A stretch of DNA of 64,000 nt, from contig JAOUOR010000003.1 of NCBI GenBank assembly GCA_029880245.1, positions 824 through 64,823 on the forward strand, read 5' to 3'. This DNA comes from Alphaproteobacteria bacterium. Lineage in GTDB: Bacteria; Pseudomonadota; Alphaproteobacteria; Micavibrionales; Micavibrionaceae. Both the position numbers and the translations under genes were made by a program. This document shows positions 19,364 through 29,441 of the stretch, one piece after another; position 1 is the first letter of the stretch; each line of letters begins with the position of its first letter. The notes under the pieces are model-generated. The model searched no databases. It was not told where the DNA came from and saw only the letters and a program-made list of their open reading frames with translations.

Positions 19364-20248
19364 CTAGTTTGAGACACAATCATTAGTGGTTGGGTCGAAG
19401 CGACACCCCGGCTGCAGGCATATTTTTTCATCATAGTTATTAGGCTTGACCCCTGAACGATTTACGGTAATACCTGTCGGAATAGGGCTACCGGTACATC
19501 CGGCGTCTGGCACTGTTTGGGACAGATAAGTCTGGAGCGGGTCGTTCGTCCATGGACCGGTTGTAAGACCAACGGCAATATTGTCTCCCCATACTGTAGG
19601 TGTGATGCTCCCGCAAGCTGCCACTGGGAGTCTCCTTTTATCAGTTGAATCTGATTGATATTCAGCAAAAGTATAAAAGCCGTCAGTTGCGGAATTTGTT
19701 ACAAAATTAATACATTTTGCAGCTTGCCAGACACGGCCCATAATATCACAACTATAGGTTCCACCAAAAATACCGCCAGCTGGTGTGTGATCAATCCCGA
19801 TTGCAGCAGGATGCCCTCCTAGCAGGTCATATGTAAACCCTCCGGCATTTTCAAAATTGTTCATGATGTAAGCATTCACAGAGTTTTCAACTAAGGTTGT
19901 TAGTGCATTGTCCATGGCTGCTAAATTAAGGGGCGTGCCATATGAACCACTTTCACTGAGCATTTGAGCTGCGTGGTCTGCAAGTTCCCTCAGGAAGAGG
20001 TCGAAGCAAGTATATTCGAATACACTATCTGGTTTTAGGATAATATTTTGGTTTTGGGTAATTTCACGCTGTGCTTCCAGCCAGGCACGAGACGACAGAG
20101 TTTCGTAATACAAAGAGTCACAAGGCGTATCAGCAATAAGTGAAGCGGCCTGTGTTGTATTTGAGTGGATTACAAGCACTGAAAAGCATAGACAGCATAA
20201 GACGATTTTTAATGAAATAATATTTATGCCAAGTATTACGCTTTTCAT
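19364..20248 (-). CDS. secreted cysteine-rich protein, paralog 1
   Basis: Signal peptide ending TTQA|AS and 10 Cys in the mature part. Blocks shared with 20339..21697: RAWLEAQRE..IILKPDSVFEYTCF, NAYI, YSCDIMGRVWQAAKCINF, GCTGSPIPTGITV, ICLQPGCRFDP. Confidence 0.6.
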   Translation of the reverse strand: MKSVILGINIISLKIVLCCLCFSVLVIHSNTTQAASLIADTPCDSLYYETLSSRAWLEAQREITQNQNIILKPDSVFEYTCFDLFLRELADHAAQMLSESGSYGTPLNLAAMDNALTTLVENSVNAYIMNNFENAGGFTYDLLGGHPAAIGIDHTPAGGIFGGTYSCDIMGRVWQAAKCINFVTNSATDGFYTFAEYQSDSTDKRRLPVAACGSITPTVWGDNIAVGLTTGPWTNDPLQTYLSQTVPDAGCTGSPIPTGITVNRSGVKPNNYDEKICLQPGCRFDPTTNDCVSN

Positions 20249-20338
20249 TTTAGTCCCTTTCTAAACAGCTTTTCTATTTTAAACATAACTTTCTATCTTT
20301 CGCAAACTTAACTTCCTAAATCTAAATCTTATATTTCT

Positions 20339-21697
20339 CTATAACGGTTCACAGGTCCCTGAGCTTGATACTGTTGGCAAGGCTGTTGTTGTGTATGGCC
20401 ATGTAACAGGTACAGGGACATAATGGCAACCAGGGTTTACACAAACATGGTCATAGTGAAGATTTCTTTGTGTCTGGTACACGCGTATCCCTGAAGAAAG
20501 AACGGGTGCTCCTGTCGTATATGTTACAACAGGTACGCCTGTCGGGATAGGGGTAGAGCAACCGGAAGTAGGATGTCCTACGGCTTCGTTTGCATTAGTG
20601 TCACCAGGGGCATTTGTCGATGATGGTGATTTTATGATATCGAAATGGGTCTCCAGAATATCAAAACGTGCATAAGTATAACCACAATTATTCGAGACGT
20701 GAATTATGTCTTCCGTTATGTCGGTAGCAGGTGTTTGTGTATCGGTTAGGTCACATGGCTCGGTATAGTTAATAGGAAACGCTATGTTGACATCTGAGAC
20801 TGAAGCCATAGGCGAAACATTGCCTGCATTAAAAGATGTTACAGCAGAGCCGGGGTTGTCACTCAGATTTGTAGCAGCCGGTCCCGGAGCGCAAACAACA
20901 GGTAAGTTCCTTGGATCTGATTCTGCCAGTTGCTGGAAGGATCGGAATTGGTCCTCTTCTCCAAAATCAATACAATTTGCTTCATCCCAAACGGCTTGCA
21001 TATGTGCACAATTGTAAGGGTAATCCAGTGTGGTTACATCACTGTCAATTGTAGAAGATCCTCCGCGAAAATTATGATCAAAATTTCCATCATCCGGTGC
21101 GGCAGTGTGATTTATGTATGCATTTAAAGGTCCCAGAACAACGTTCGCTAATATATTATCCAGTTGAGTGGCGGGAAAGACAACAGAATAGGAAACACAT
21201 GGGGCGGTTGTACATGAATAGTCGCTAATATCGATGGTGCCATCTTCTGATGCAGTTAGAAGAGCAACGTTTCTATTTACAAAATCACCAGAAGTGCCGT
21301 CTTGGATGGCGCTGAATATCTCATCAGCTGTTTGTGCGGTTGTCTCTACTAAATCTTCAAAACAAGTATATTCCAAAACACTGTCTGGTTTTCTTATTAT
21401 CTGCCCGCTCATGATGACATCGCGATTAGCCTCGAGAAAAGCGCGGGCATGAATCTGGTTCATAAAATCACCATCGCAGGCGCCGCCTGTATGTCCTCCA
21501 GCTGTGAGGGGCCGTCCTGTTTTGGGTCCGTTAAAAGCTGAGCCAACATTAGAGGTCGTGTCAACAGTGATGTCATAGCCCGTGCATGGGATTCCCGGTG
21601 AACAAGCCGCCATAACCGGGAGAGCTGAAAGAATCAAACTTCCGGCTATTAAGCAAAAGAGACACAAGCTGTTAAATATATGCTGTCTAATACTCAT
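20339..21697 (-). CDS. secreted (possibly lipo-) cysteine-rich protein, paralog 2
   Basis: Signal peptide LSALPVMA|AC, a possible non-canonical lipobox. Shares the same conserved blocks (RAFLEANRD..IIRKPDSVLEYTCF, NAYI, YNCAHMQAVWDEANCIDF, GCSTPIPTGVPV, VCVNPGCHYVP) with a ~150-aa insertion relative to paralog 1. Confidence 0.6.
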   Translation of the reverse strand: MSIRQHIFNSLCLFCLIAGSLILSALPVMAACSPGIPCTGYDITVDTTSNVGSAFNGPKTGRPLTAGGHTGGACDGDFMNQIHARAFLEANRDVIMSGQIIRKPDSVLEYTCFEDLVETTAQTADEIFSAIQDGTSGDFVNRNVALLTASEDGTIDISDYSCTTAPCVSYSVVFPATQLDNILANVVLGPLNAYINHTAAPDDGNFDHNFRGGSSTIDSDVTTLDYPYNCAHMQAVWDEANCIDFGEEDQFRSFQQLAESDPRNLPVVCAPGPAATNLSDNPGSAVTSFNAGNVSPMASVSDVNIAFPINYTEPCDLTDTQTPATDITEDIIHVSNNCGYTYARFDILETHFDIIKSPSSTNAPGDTNANEAVGHPTSGCSTPIPTGVPVVTYTTGAPVLSSGIRVYQTQRNLHYDHVCVNPGCHYVPVPVTWPYTTTALPTVSSSGTCEPL

Positions 21698-21709
21698 TTT
21701 ATCCTGTTA

Positions 21710-22177
21710 TTAACCGCCGAAAGTACCTTCCCTAATGTAGGTTTTGTCATCGGGTGACCAAATATAGCGTTCATATTCATAGTCGTTCTTTTTACTTTGA
21801 AATGCAAGAATATCATAGATTCCTGCGTGTTTTTTTCCAGAAATCTGTATCTTTTTTGCGTTAAAAACAGAAATTTGAACTAATTTCTCTTCTTTTTCAC
21901 CTATGATTATGAATGTACAAAATTGTTCTGGCGGCACATCCAATACACAGTTTTTTTGCTTAAGGATGTATTCGTCATAATAATCATCATTCAGGTCAAT
22001 TCTGGCGATATCATATTTTTCTATATCTGATTGTAGGTGGGCACGTGTGAAGTGCGAGAGATTCAATTTTGTTGCTCCCGTTATTCTGTTATCAAAGACA
22101 AGGGGGGTGGCAGCATAGGAACATAATGGCAGAACCATGCCAAAAAATAATAATAGTGTAGCAACTGTTCTGCGCAT
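21710..22177 (-). CDS. hypothetical secreted protein
   Basis: Signal peptide (MRRTVATLLLFFGMVLPLCSYA|AT). Lies 12 nt upstream of, and is co-oriented with, the two Cys-rich paralogs. Confidence 0.5.
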   Translation of the reverse strand: MRRTVATLLLFFGMVLPLCSYAATPLVFDNRITGATKLNLSHFTRAHLQSDIEKYDIARIDLNDDYYDEYILKQKNCVLDVPPEQFCTFIIIGEKEEKLVQISVFNAKKIQISGKKHAGIYDILAFQSKKNDYEYERYIWSPDDKTYIREGTFGG

Positions 22178-22247
22178 AATTTCCCATTTATCCTGTTTTA
22201 CAGTCAGGGTTTGATTTTAGCAGATAAAGGTAGCTATACGCAAAAAG

Positions 22248-22472
22248 TTATGCCGCTTCGTCGAGGTCAATATCAAGGATGCACATATTCAAATCGTATG
22301 ATGTTTCGCCTTCCTCTGTAACCTTGTAGATTAATGCGACAAATTCTCCATCTACCATAACTTCGATAGAGTCCTCGGCTTTTTCGCGTTTTTTTACTGC
22401 AATACCGGAGCATTTGAATTTTTTCTCCAGATAGGTTTTTAGTTTTGACATTTCTTCCGGTGTAAAACTCAT
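22248..22472 (-). CDS. DUF3126-family small protein
   Basis: From the internal start: MSFTPEEMSKLKTYLEKKFKCSGIAVKKREKAEDSIEVMVDGEFVALIYKVTEEGETSYDLNMCILDIDLDE. This matches my recollection of the alphaproteobacterial DUF3126 pattern. The internal start removes the overlap of track ORF 22248..22571 with the olsA-like gene. Confidence 0.5.
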   Translation of the reverse strand: MSFTPEEMSKLKTYLEKKFKCSGIAVKKREKAEDSIEVMVDGEFVALIYKVTEEGETSYDLNMCILDIDLDEAA

Positions 22473-22500
22473 AATATTATTCCCTGTTGTTTTATGTGGC

Positions 22501-23271
22501 TCATTTTTCCAATCCTTTGGATACTGTTTCATGGCATGCTTTGGCAAGTGTTTTTCTGTCATTAAAGTCACTTGCTAATAATGGAGGATGGAAAGTGAGG
22601 TTAATCTCTGCACCTGTTGATTTGGCAAAATCCCATAAATGCTTGGCCAGAGATGTATCCATATTCAGATGCCAGGCATAAAGATCACGATCATCCTGTG
22701 TACGGATTTCATGTCCGTTTGCGGATACCATGCTTAAGGTGAAAGGCTGTAGTTTTATATCCTTGAGATTATCTTTGAAGAAAATCGCGAAAAGGCTGGA
22801 TTTAAAAGGTAAGACTTCTCTGCCATCTGTAGAAGTGCCTTCGGGAAAAATAATAAGGCTTTTCCCGTCATCAAGCATTGTTTCAAGTGCTTGTTTTCCC
22901 TTGGCGGCATTTTCTTTGGAACGGCTTATAAAGGCTGTTTGCTGAAGTTTTGATAAAAAGCCGAACACAGGCCAGTCTTCAACATCTTCTTTGGCTACGA
23001 ATGATGCATATTGCAGAATGCTGGCGATTACCGGAATATCAAGATAGGAGATATGGTTGCCAATATAGATAATCTGTCCGGATTTGTCGGGGCTGCCGGA
23101 TAGATTTATTTTGATTCTGAAAATTTTACAGACCCATCTGTGCCATATATATGTAAGGGCGTAGGATTTTTTCCCTTTTGTAAAAAATAAAATGGCAGAT
23201 TGTGGGGGAACTATCGCTACACACAAAAGGGTGAAAGCTAGAAATTTTAAACAGGCAATGGCGGTTCTCAT
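22501..23271 (-). CDS. olsA: PlsC-family acyltransferase, likely lyso-ornithine lipid O-acyltransferase OlsA
   Basis: Acyltransferase motifs NHISYLD and FPEGTST, with an N-terminal membrane helix. Lies immediately downstream of an OlsB-like GNAT gene (6-nt gap). Confidence 0.6.
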   Translation of the reverse strand: MRTAIACLKFLAFTLLCVAIVPPQSAILFFTKGKKSYALTYIWHRWVCKIFRIKINLSGSPDKSGQIIYIGNHISYLDIPVIASILQYASFVAKEDVEDWPVFGFLSKLQQTAFISRSKENAAKGKQALETMLDDGKSLIIFPEGTSTDGREVLPFKSSLFAIFFKDNLKDIKLQPFTLSMVSANGHEIRTQDDRDLYAWHLNMDTSLAKHLWDFAKSTGAEINLTFHPPLLASDFNDRKTLAKACHETVSKGLEK

Positions 23272-23277
23272 GATTTT

Positions 23278-24111
23278 TTACCCTTCAATGATTGCCCTTT
23301 GGCCGGGCATTGTTTTGCGGATTCGGCGCTCGTAATATTTGCGATATCGCTGGGTCATGAGTTTGGTTTGCACAACGATACAAACATCAACGGTGTTAAA
23401 TTGTTTGTCAATTACGGCGCCATTGCCGATCGTTGCCCCAAGGCGTAAATAGCCTTTTATTAAAGGAGGGAGGCTGCTGAATGCTTTTTTTTCGTCAATA
23501 TTTTCTTTTGGCACAATATTCATATTGATATAGCGCTCACGTGTGGCAACGGGGCTAATGTTCTCAGGTGCTGAGTGAAAATGATAGAGATATGAAAGCT
23601 GCTCTTTTAAAGAGTCTACATCAGTACCTGAAAAGCTGGCGCAGCCAAAAAGAATGTCAATATCATGATCTGTAATATAATCGGCAATGCCATGCCAGAG
23701 CATATTCAAAACAGGTTGGGTTCTGTATTCAGCCAATACACATGATCTACCAAGCTCAAGCAAAGATTCGTTGCTATCTATCAGGGCTTTAAGATCATAT
23801 TCATCTGCGGAATAGAATCTCCCGAATTTTTCAGCCTCAGCTTGCCGTAAAAGGCGGTACGTGCCAACGATTCTTTCTTGTCCGTTATCTTGTTTGTGGA
23901 TGACAATCAAGTGATCGGCGATGTCATCAAAATCGTCAAAATCTCTCTTTTCGGCGCGCATATTGTCATCGGGAATAGCACCATTTTCTTCGTAAAAAAC
24001 GGCATAACGCAAACGCTGGGCTTCAAGAACCTCTTCTTTCGTACGTGCGATTCGTACGGAAATTTTTTCGAGGTCTTCTTGTTTTATGGTGTCGACATTT
24101 GAAGATGCCAT
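23278..24111 (-). CDS. olsB: GNAT-family N-acyltransferase, likely ornithine N-acyltransferase OlsB
   Basis: RLRYAVFYEENGA...FDDFDD.ADHLIV pattern typical of hemolysin-like/OlsB acyltransferases. Paired with a PlsC-like gene as in olsBA operons. Confidence 0.6.
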   Translation of the reverse strand: MASSNVDTIKQEDLEKISVRIARTKEEVLEAQRLRYAVFYEENGAIPDDNMRAEKRDFDDFDDIADHLIVIHKQDNGQERIVGTYRLLRQAEAEKFGRFYSADEYDLKALIDSNESLLELGRSCVLAEYRTQPVLNMLWHGIADYITDHDIDILFGCASFSGTDVDSLKEQLSYLYHFHSAPENISPVATRERYINMNIVPKENIDEKKAFSSLPPLIKGYLRLGATIGNGAVIDKQFNTVDVCIVVQTKLMTQRYRKYYERRIRKTMPGQRAIIEG

Positions 24112-24265
24112 GAATTAAATAATCTTTCCTTGTGCGGCAAGCTCACCGAACGTTAAAGTCTTGAACTGTTCAAAAAACCGATTGTACCTAAATTTATATG
24201 ATGCTTGCGCTTCTTATCCTAAGCATTAAAAATAGAGGGTCAAGAAAATTCGTTTGGTAAAAATA

Positions 24266-24736
24266 ATGGATAATCAGATGGGATCAGTTTTATTTGTCTG
24301 TACAGGTAATATTTGTCGTTCTCCCACAGCCGAAGCGGTGTTTCGGCATTATAGTCAAAGTCAGGAGGGGGTCGCAGGGTTTGCGTGTGAATCCGCAGGA
24401 ACGCATGGCTATCATATTGGTGAGCCTCCTGATTCGAGGGCTGTTAAAATTGCTGCTGAGTATGGGATTGATATGTCTGATATGTTGGCGCGGGATGTTG
24501 TGGATTCCGATTTCAAGCGTTTTGACTATATTATTGCGATGGATCGCGGGCATTTAAAGTGGCTGGAGAGTAGGGCGAAAAACTCTAAAGCACTTATCAG
24601 GCTCTTACTTGATGATGTTTCTCAATATGGCACTCTGGATGTACCTGACCCCTATTATGGGGGCTTGGATGATTTCAGGAAAACATTTGGTTTAATTCAA
24701 GACGGTGTTCAGAATTTCCTGAAAAATATAGAGTAA
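24266..24736 (+). CDS. low-molecular-weight protein-tyrosine phosphatase
   Basis: P-loop VLFVCTGNICRSP (CX5R-S) and a C-terminal DPYYG motif. The track ORF starts 4 codons earlier at a TTG. Confidence 0.85.
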   Translation: MDNQMGSVLFVCTGNICRSPTAEAVFRHYSQSQEGVAGFACESAGTHGYHIGEPPDSRAVKIAAEYGIDMSDMLARDVVDSDFKRFDYIIAMDRGHLKWLESRAKNSKALIRLLLDDVSQYGTLDVPDPYYGGLDDFRKTFGLIQDGVQNFLKNIE

Positions 24737-24886
24737 AGAATATTTGTGGACACCCTCTCCCCATCCTGTGTGTGAGTGTGGGATTTTTGGAGAAAGGGTG
24801 CCCGCAATACTTAACGCGCATCAGTTATGGTGAAATATCACATCTTATGATTATGCTGTCAACGGGAAAAAACACATTTTCTAAGA

Positions 24887-25282
24887 TTATTTTTTAGAGC
24901 TAGAGGATTTGCGGCGTTTTTTCACAGCAGACAAGCTATCTTCCAGAGTAGAATAGGTGTTGTCCAACTCTTCCTGCAAGGCTTTGATTTCTTTGCGTAA
25001 GGATTTAATTTCCTTATAGCTGTCTTTTACAAGTGACGGGATCAGGTCGTGTATGCCAACCCCTAGGGCATCAGCTATTTTATGGATAGTATCAAGGCGC
25101 GGCGAGATTGATCGGTTTTGTAAAATATCCCGTATCGCCGTTTCACCCAGTCCTGCATCGAGAGATAATTTTTTTGCATTGGTTATCCCTTTTCGCATTT
25201 CCAGAAACAGTTTCAGGTTCTTTTTGAACTCATCTGAAAGGTCGTTACTTATATGCTTGTTCATGCATATATGATGAGACAT
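24887..25282 (-). CDS. XRE-family helix-turn-helix protein with C-terminal coiled coil
   Basis: HTH segment LSLDAGLGETAIRDILQNRSISPRLDTIHKIADALGV, then the heptad-like KEIKSLRKEIKALQEELD and a basic tail. Confidence 0.55.
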   Translation of the reverse strand: MSHHICMNKHISNDLSDEFKKNLKLFLEMRKGITNAKKLSLDAGLGETAIRDILQNRSISPRLDTIHKIADALGVGIHDLIPSLVKDSYKEIKSLRKEIKALQEELDNTYSTLEDSLSAVKKRRKSSSSKK

Positions 25283-25342
25283 TTTTGTTATTTTTAATAG
25301 AGGTGAAGTTTCACAATTGCCTTGCTGTCGCAGATACTTACA

Positions 25343-25588
25343 TTAAGAGAAAACAGTAGGCACAGGTGCGGCTGTAGCCATATTACCAAAGTATGTTGCC
25401 GCAGTACCTAGTTGAGTACTTGTCCACCCAGAAGCTGCTGAAAATGCATTTAATGAATTGCTCACAGATAAAGCAGCTATATTGCTAGCGCCAGCGACTG
25501 GAGCAGCAAGGGCCATGCCTGTTGATACGGTTACAGTACATAATGCAGCTAATGCAAATGCGCCCACTAGTAAACCTGTTTTTGTCAT
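25343..25588 (-). CDS. small Ala-rich secreted hypothetical protein
   Basis: 81 aa with a signal-peptide-like N-terminus (MTKTGLLVGAFALAALCTVTVSTGMALA|AP). No known motif. Confidence 0.35.
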   Translation of the reverse strand: MTKTGLLVGAFALAALCTVTVSTGMALAAPVAGASNIAALSVSNSLNAFSAASGWTSTQLGTAATYFGNMATAAPVPTVFS

Positions 25589-25623
25589 GGTCTTGCCTTT
25601 CGTAATTTATATTATGGCGAAAT

Positions 25624-28600
25624 CTACCATATAGTTCCGGTTTTGGCAAGTTTTTTGTAAAATAACTGTTCGGCAGCAGAAGGAATGGCTGATTTCTGAA
25701 CATTTTCAAGTATTTTCTTAAGGAATGTGCCTGTGTAACTTTTGGACTCATTGGCTATATCTTCCGGTGTTCCGGTGGCTATGACCTTACCTCCCTTATG
25801 TCCGCCTTCCGGTCCTATATCAATGATGTGATCGGCGGTTTTTATCACATCCAGATTATGTTCGATGATGATAACGCTGTTACCCTGGTCAACGAGTGTG
25901 TGCAGGACATGCAGGAGTTTTTTAACATCCTCAAAATGCAGACCTGTTGTTGGCTCATCAAGGATATAAAGCGTTTTTCCTGTAGAGCGTTTGGAAAGTT
26001 CCTTGGATAACTTGATTCTCTGTGCCTCTCCACCTGAAAGTGTGGTGGCTTGCTGTCCGACTTTGATATAGCCAAGCCCGACATCCTTGAGGGTTTCCAT
26101 CTTATCGCGCACAGATGGAATGGATTCAAAAAAAGCTGCGGCATCTTCAACAGTCATATCCAGTATATCCGCGATTGATTTGCCTTTGAATTTTACATCC
26201 AGTGTTTCACGGTTATAGCGTTTACCCTTGCATGTTTCGCACTCGACATAAACATCGGGCAGGAAGTGCATTTCGATCTTGATGACCCCGTCACCGGAAC
26301 AGTTTTCGCAGCGCCCGCCCTTGACGTTAAAGGAAAAACGTCCGGCCTTATAGCCGCGTGCTTTGGCTTCGGGCAGGCCTGCAAACCAGTCACGAATGGG
26401 TGAAAACGCGCCTGTATAGGTGGCCGGGTTAGAACGCGGTGTCCGGCCAATCGGGGATTGATTGATATCTATGATCTTGTCGATATGCTGCAAACCCTTA
26501 ATCTCATCATAGGGTAGGGGGCTTTGTTTACTGCCCATGATTTCTCTGCTGGCGGCGCGGTAAAGTGTGTCGAGCGTTAGGGTCGATTTCCCTGAGCCGG
26601 AAACGCCTGTGATGCAGGTCATGACGCCTAAAGGGATTTTTATATCCACATTTTTGAGATTATTCCCTCGTGCGCCCTTAATCTCTATGAATTGCCCTTT
26701 TTTGCCCTTGCGGCGTTTATGCGGGATTTCTATTTCCTTTTCCCCGCGCATATATTGCGCGGTGATGCTGTTCTCACATTTAAAGACTTCCGAGGGCGGG
26801 CCTTTGGCAATAATCTCTCCGCCATGTATACCGGCACCGGGACCAATATCGATCAGGAAGTCAGCGCTGCGAATAGCATCTTCATCATGCTCGACGACAA
26901 TCACCGTGTTGCCCAAATCTCGCAGGCGGTTCAGTGTTTCCAGTAGGCGGTTATTATCGCGCGGGTGAAGTCCGATGGACGGCTCATCAAGTACATAAAG
27001 CACACCTGTCAGGCCAGAGCCGATCTGTGAGGCTAGGCGGATGCGCTGTGATTCTCCCCCCGATAGCGTGCCGGAAGAGCGTGAAAGGCTTAGATACTCA
27101 AGTCCGACATTCATCAAAAACGTCAGGCGCTCATTGATTTCTTTGAGTATTTTATCTGCTATTTGGGATTGTTGCTTAGTCAATTTACTTTTTTGTGTCA
27201 TTCCGAGCGAAGTCGAGGAATCTTCACATGTAATGTTATGATCTAGAGATCCCTCCACGCAGCTGTCGCTTTGGTCGGGATGACATGTAAGTGCACTAAA
27301 CCATTTATAGGCATCCTGAATGCTGAGCGCGGAAATCTCTCCGATATGCTTTCCATCAATTTTCACGGCCAGAGATTGCGGTTTTAGGCGCATGCCTTCG
27401 CACGTATCGCAAGGGGCTGATTTCTGGAATTTCTGGAGTTTTTCACGCTGGGCATTGCTGTCAGTTTCGCGCAGGCGGCGAATGAGACTTGGGATGACAC
27501 CTTCATAGGGTTTATTGCTATGAAACGAGCTTTTGCCTTTGGTTTTGTAGGAAATCTTTATGGATTTCGTGCCAGAGCCATAAAGGATAATGTCCTTATG
27601 TTCCTCGCTCAAATTTTTCCACGGCGTATCAACATTAAATCCGTAAACATCGCCAAGTGCGGCAAGGCCTTGCAGATAAAAACTGGCGAAGCTGGTGGAC
27701 CAAGGTTCGATTGCATTTTGGGATAATGATTTGTTTTCATCAGGGACGATCAGAGTAATATCAAATTCATTGCGCTCACCAAGTCCGTCACAAGAGGGGC
27801 AGGCCCCGTGCGGCGAGTTAAAAGAAAACAGGCGCGGTTCGATTTCGGCTATTGTGAAGCCTGAAACCGGACAAGCAAATTTCTCACTGAAAAGAGTTTG
27901 CTCCCCTGTGCTTGCGTTTTCTGCAATAACCAGTCCGTCGGCAAGGCTAAGGGCGGTTTCCACTGAATCAGCCATGCGGGTTTGCAGGTCTTTGTCATTT
28001 TTGATCACAAGCCGATCAACGACGACTTCTATATCATGCTTGAGCTTTTTATCGAGTTTTGGCGTTTCCGTTATATCATAAAGCTCGCCATTGACTTTTA
28101 CGCGCTGAAAGCCTTTGGCCTGTAGCTCTTTAAACTCCTTTTTATACTCGCCTTTGCGTCCGCGGATTATGGGGGCAAGAAGATAAAGTTTGGTCCCTTC
28201 TTCCATATCGAGGATGCGGTCAACGATTTCGCTAACGGTTTGGCTTTTGATAGGTTTGCCCGTGGCCGGAGAATAAGGCACGCCGACACGCGCCCAAAGC
28301 AGGCGCATATAATCGTAAATCTCGGTCACGGTTCCAACGGTCGAGCGCGGGTTCTTGCTCGTGGTTTTTTGCTCGATAGAAATGGCTGGCGATAAACCTT
28401 CGATTGAATCCACATCGGGCTTTTGCATCATCTCAAGGAATTGACGGGCATAGGCCGAAAGGCTTTCGACATAGCGGCGCTGTCCCTCGGCATAGATCGT
28501 ATCGAAGGCCAGTGAAGATTTTCCAGAGCCGGACAACCCCGTAATAACGATCAACTGATCGCGGGGTATGTCGATATTGATGTTCTTTAAATTATGTTCC

Positions 28601-28632
28601 CGTGCACCGCGCACGCTTATGTTTTTGAGCAT
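25624..28632 (-). CDS. uvrA: excinuclease ABC subunit A, carrying an in-frame ~30-aa insertion
   Basis: Two ABC ATPase modules ([44 protein letters not shown]) and zinc-finger Cys clusters. 1002 aa. See the repeat at 27197..27284. Confidence 0.97.
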   Translation of the reverse strand: MLKNISVRGAREHNLKNINIDIPRDQLIVITGLSGSGKSSLAFDTIYAEGQRRYVESLSAYARQFLEMMQKPDVDSIEGLSPAISIEQKTTSKNPRSTVGTVTEIYDYMRLLWARVGVPYSPATGKPIKSQTVSEIVDRILDMEEGTKLYLLAPIIRGRKGEYKKEFKELQAKGFQRVKVNGELYDITETPKLDKKLKHDIEVVVDRLVIKNDKDLQTRMADSVETALSLADGLVIAENASTGEQTLFSEKFACPVSGFTIAEIEPRLFSFNSPHGACPSCDGLGERNEFDITLIVPDENKSLSQNAIEPWSTSFASFYLQGLAALGDVYGFNVDTPWKNLSEEHKDIILYGSGTKSIKISYKTKGKSSFHSNKPYEGVIPSLIRRLRETDSNAQREKLQKFQKSAPCDTCEGMRLKPQSLAVKIDGKHIGEISALSIQDAYKWFSALTCHPDQSDSCVEGSLDHNITCEDSSTSLGMTQKSKLTKQQSQIADKILKEINERLTFLMNVGLEYLSLSRSSGTLSGGESQRIRLASQIGSGLTGVLYVLDEPSIGLHPRDNNRLLETLNRLRDLGNTVIVVEHDEDAIRSADFLIDIGPGAGIHGGEIIAKGPPSEVFKCENSITAQYMRGEKEIEIPHKRRKGKKGQFIEIKGARGNNLKNVDIKIPLGVMTCITGVSGSGKSTLTLDTLYRAASREIMGSKQSPLPYDEIKGLQHIDKIIDINQSPIGRTPRSNPATYTGAFSPIRDWFAGLPEAKARGYKAGRFSFNVKGGRCENCSGDGVIKIEMHFLPDVYVECETCKGKRYNRETLDVKFKGKSIADILDMTVEDAAAFFESIPSVRDKMETLKDVGLGYIKVGQQATTLSGGEAQRIKLSKELSKRSTGKTLYILDEPTTGLHFEDVKKLLHVLHTLVDQGNSVIIIEHNLDVIKTADHIIDIGPEGGHKGGKVIATGTPEDIANESKSYTGTFLKKILENVQKSAIPSAAEQLFYKKLAKTGTIW
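27197..27284. repeat. ~88-nt palindromic MITE-like element inserted in frame within uvrA
   Basis: GTCATTCCGAGCGAAGTCGAGGAATCT ... AGATCCCTCCACGCAGC ... GGTCGGGATGAC. Nested imperfect inverted repeats. The 5' arm is similar to the element at 10556. In the uvrA frame it encodes ..[31 protein letters not shown].., which has no counterpart in the E. coli UvrA sequence as I recall it. Confidence 0.6.
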
Positions 28633-28673
28633 AGGCGGATCATATTGTTAATTCATAAGAAAATAAAGATGGT

Positions 28674-29441
28674 TTATGTTCGTTCTGGTCTTGGTGTACT
28701 GGAATTACCATAAATATTTTTGCCTATCTCGCGTTTTTGTATTTCTTTTTGAATATACATATCTCGATCGGCACGCTTTGCAGCGTCTATAAGGGAATCA
28801 TTTATTATCAGATTAGTAAGGCCTATTGTTACAACGAGAGGTATTCTTTCCCCTTCATGCTCAATGTGAGCATCTTTAAATTTTGTGTAGATGTGTTTGC
28901 GAATATCTCTAAAATCATGGCTTTCATCTTTATGTGATGCAATAATGGCAAATTCATCCCCACCTGTTCGGGCAAGAAAATCCGTGTCTCTTATGGAGCC
29001 ATTGATAATTTCTACAATTTTTTTAAGGGCTTTATCACCGACATCGTGGCCGTAATTATTATTAAAATCCCTAAAATTTTTAACATCAACGATAAAAAGT
29101 GCGGCAGAATCAATATCTTTCCGATTTAATCCGGCTATCGTTCGATCACCAACTTTTTCATAGGATCTTCTGTTTGCTATGCCTGTTAATGGATCAGTTC
29201 CCGCAATTTCTTCTTGGTGCAAGGCATATTTCATAGCGCTAATGAGAACAGGCAAAGTAAGAAGAATACTATTTACTGCCTGAGCATCTGCGCCGTTGGC
29301 TAGATCTTCCTGGACGTCCAGAAGACTTCGAATAAAAAACCGTTTTTCGGGGCCATGGATACCGCTTTTTTGCAATAGGGTAACAGACTCGGCAAACTGT
29401 TGCTTTAACGTTCGTTGATCTTCTTCATCCAGCTTACTCAT
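28674..29441 (-). CDS. GGDEF-domain diguanylate cyclase
   Basis: DPLTGIANRR ... GGDEFAI active-site motif, with an N-terminal ~80-aa uncharacterised helical region. 255 aa. Confidence 0.8.
   Translation of the reverse strand: MSKLDEEDQRTLKQQFAESVTLLQKSGIHGPEKRFFIRSLLDVQEDLANGADAQAVNSILLTLPVLISAMKYALHQEEIAGTDPLTGIANRRSYEKVGDRTIAGLNRKDIDSAALFIVDVKNFRDFNNNYGHDVGDKALKKIVEIINGSIRDTDFLARTGGDEFAIIASHKDESHDFRDIRKHIYTKFKDAHIEHEGERIPLVVTIGLTNLIINDSLIDAAKRADRDMYIQKEIQKREIGKNIYGNSSTPRPERT

Noticed and set aside
24751-24800. Possible terminator hairpin after the LMW-PTP gene (CACCCTCTCC...GGAGAAAGGGTG)
   Set aside because: The stems are imperfect with bulges and the T-run (ATTTTTGG) is internal to the outer stem. 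It is too ambiguous to call as a feature.
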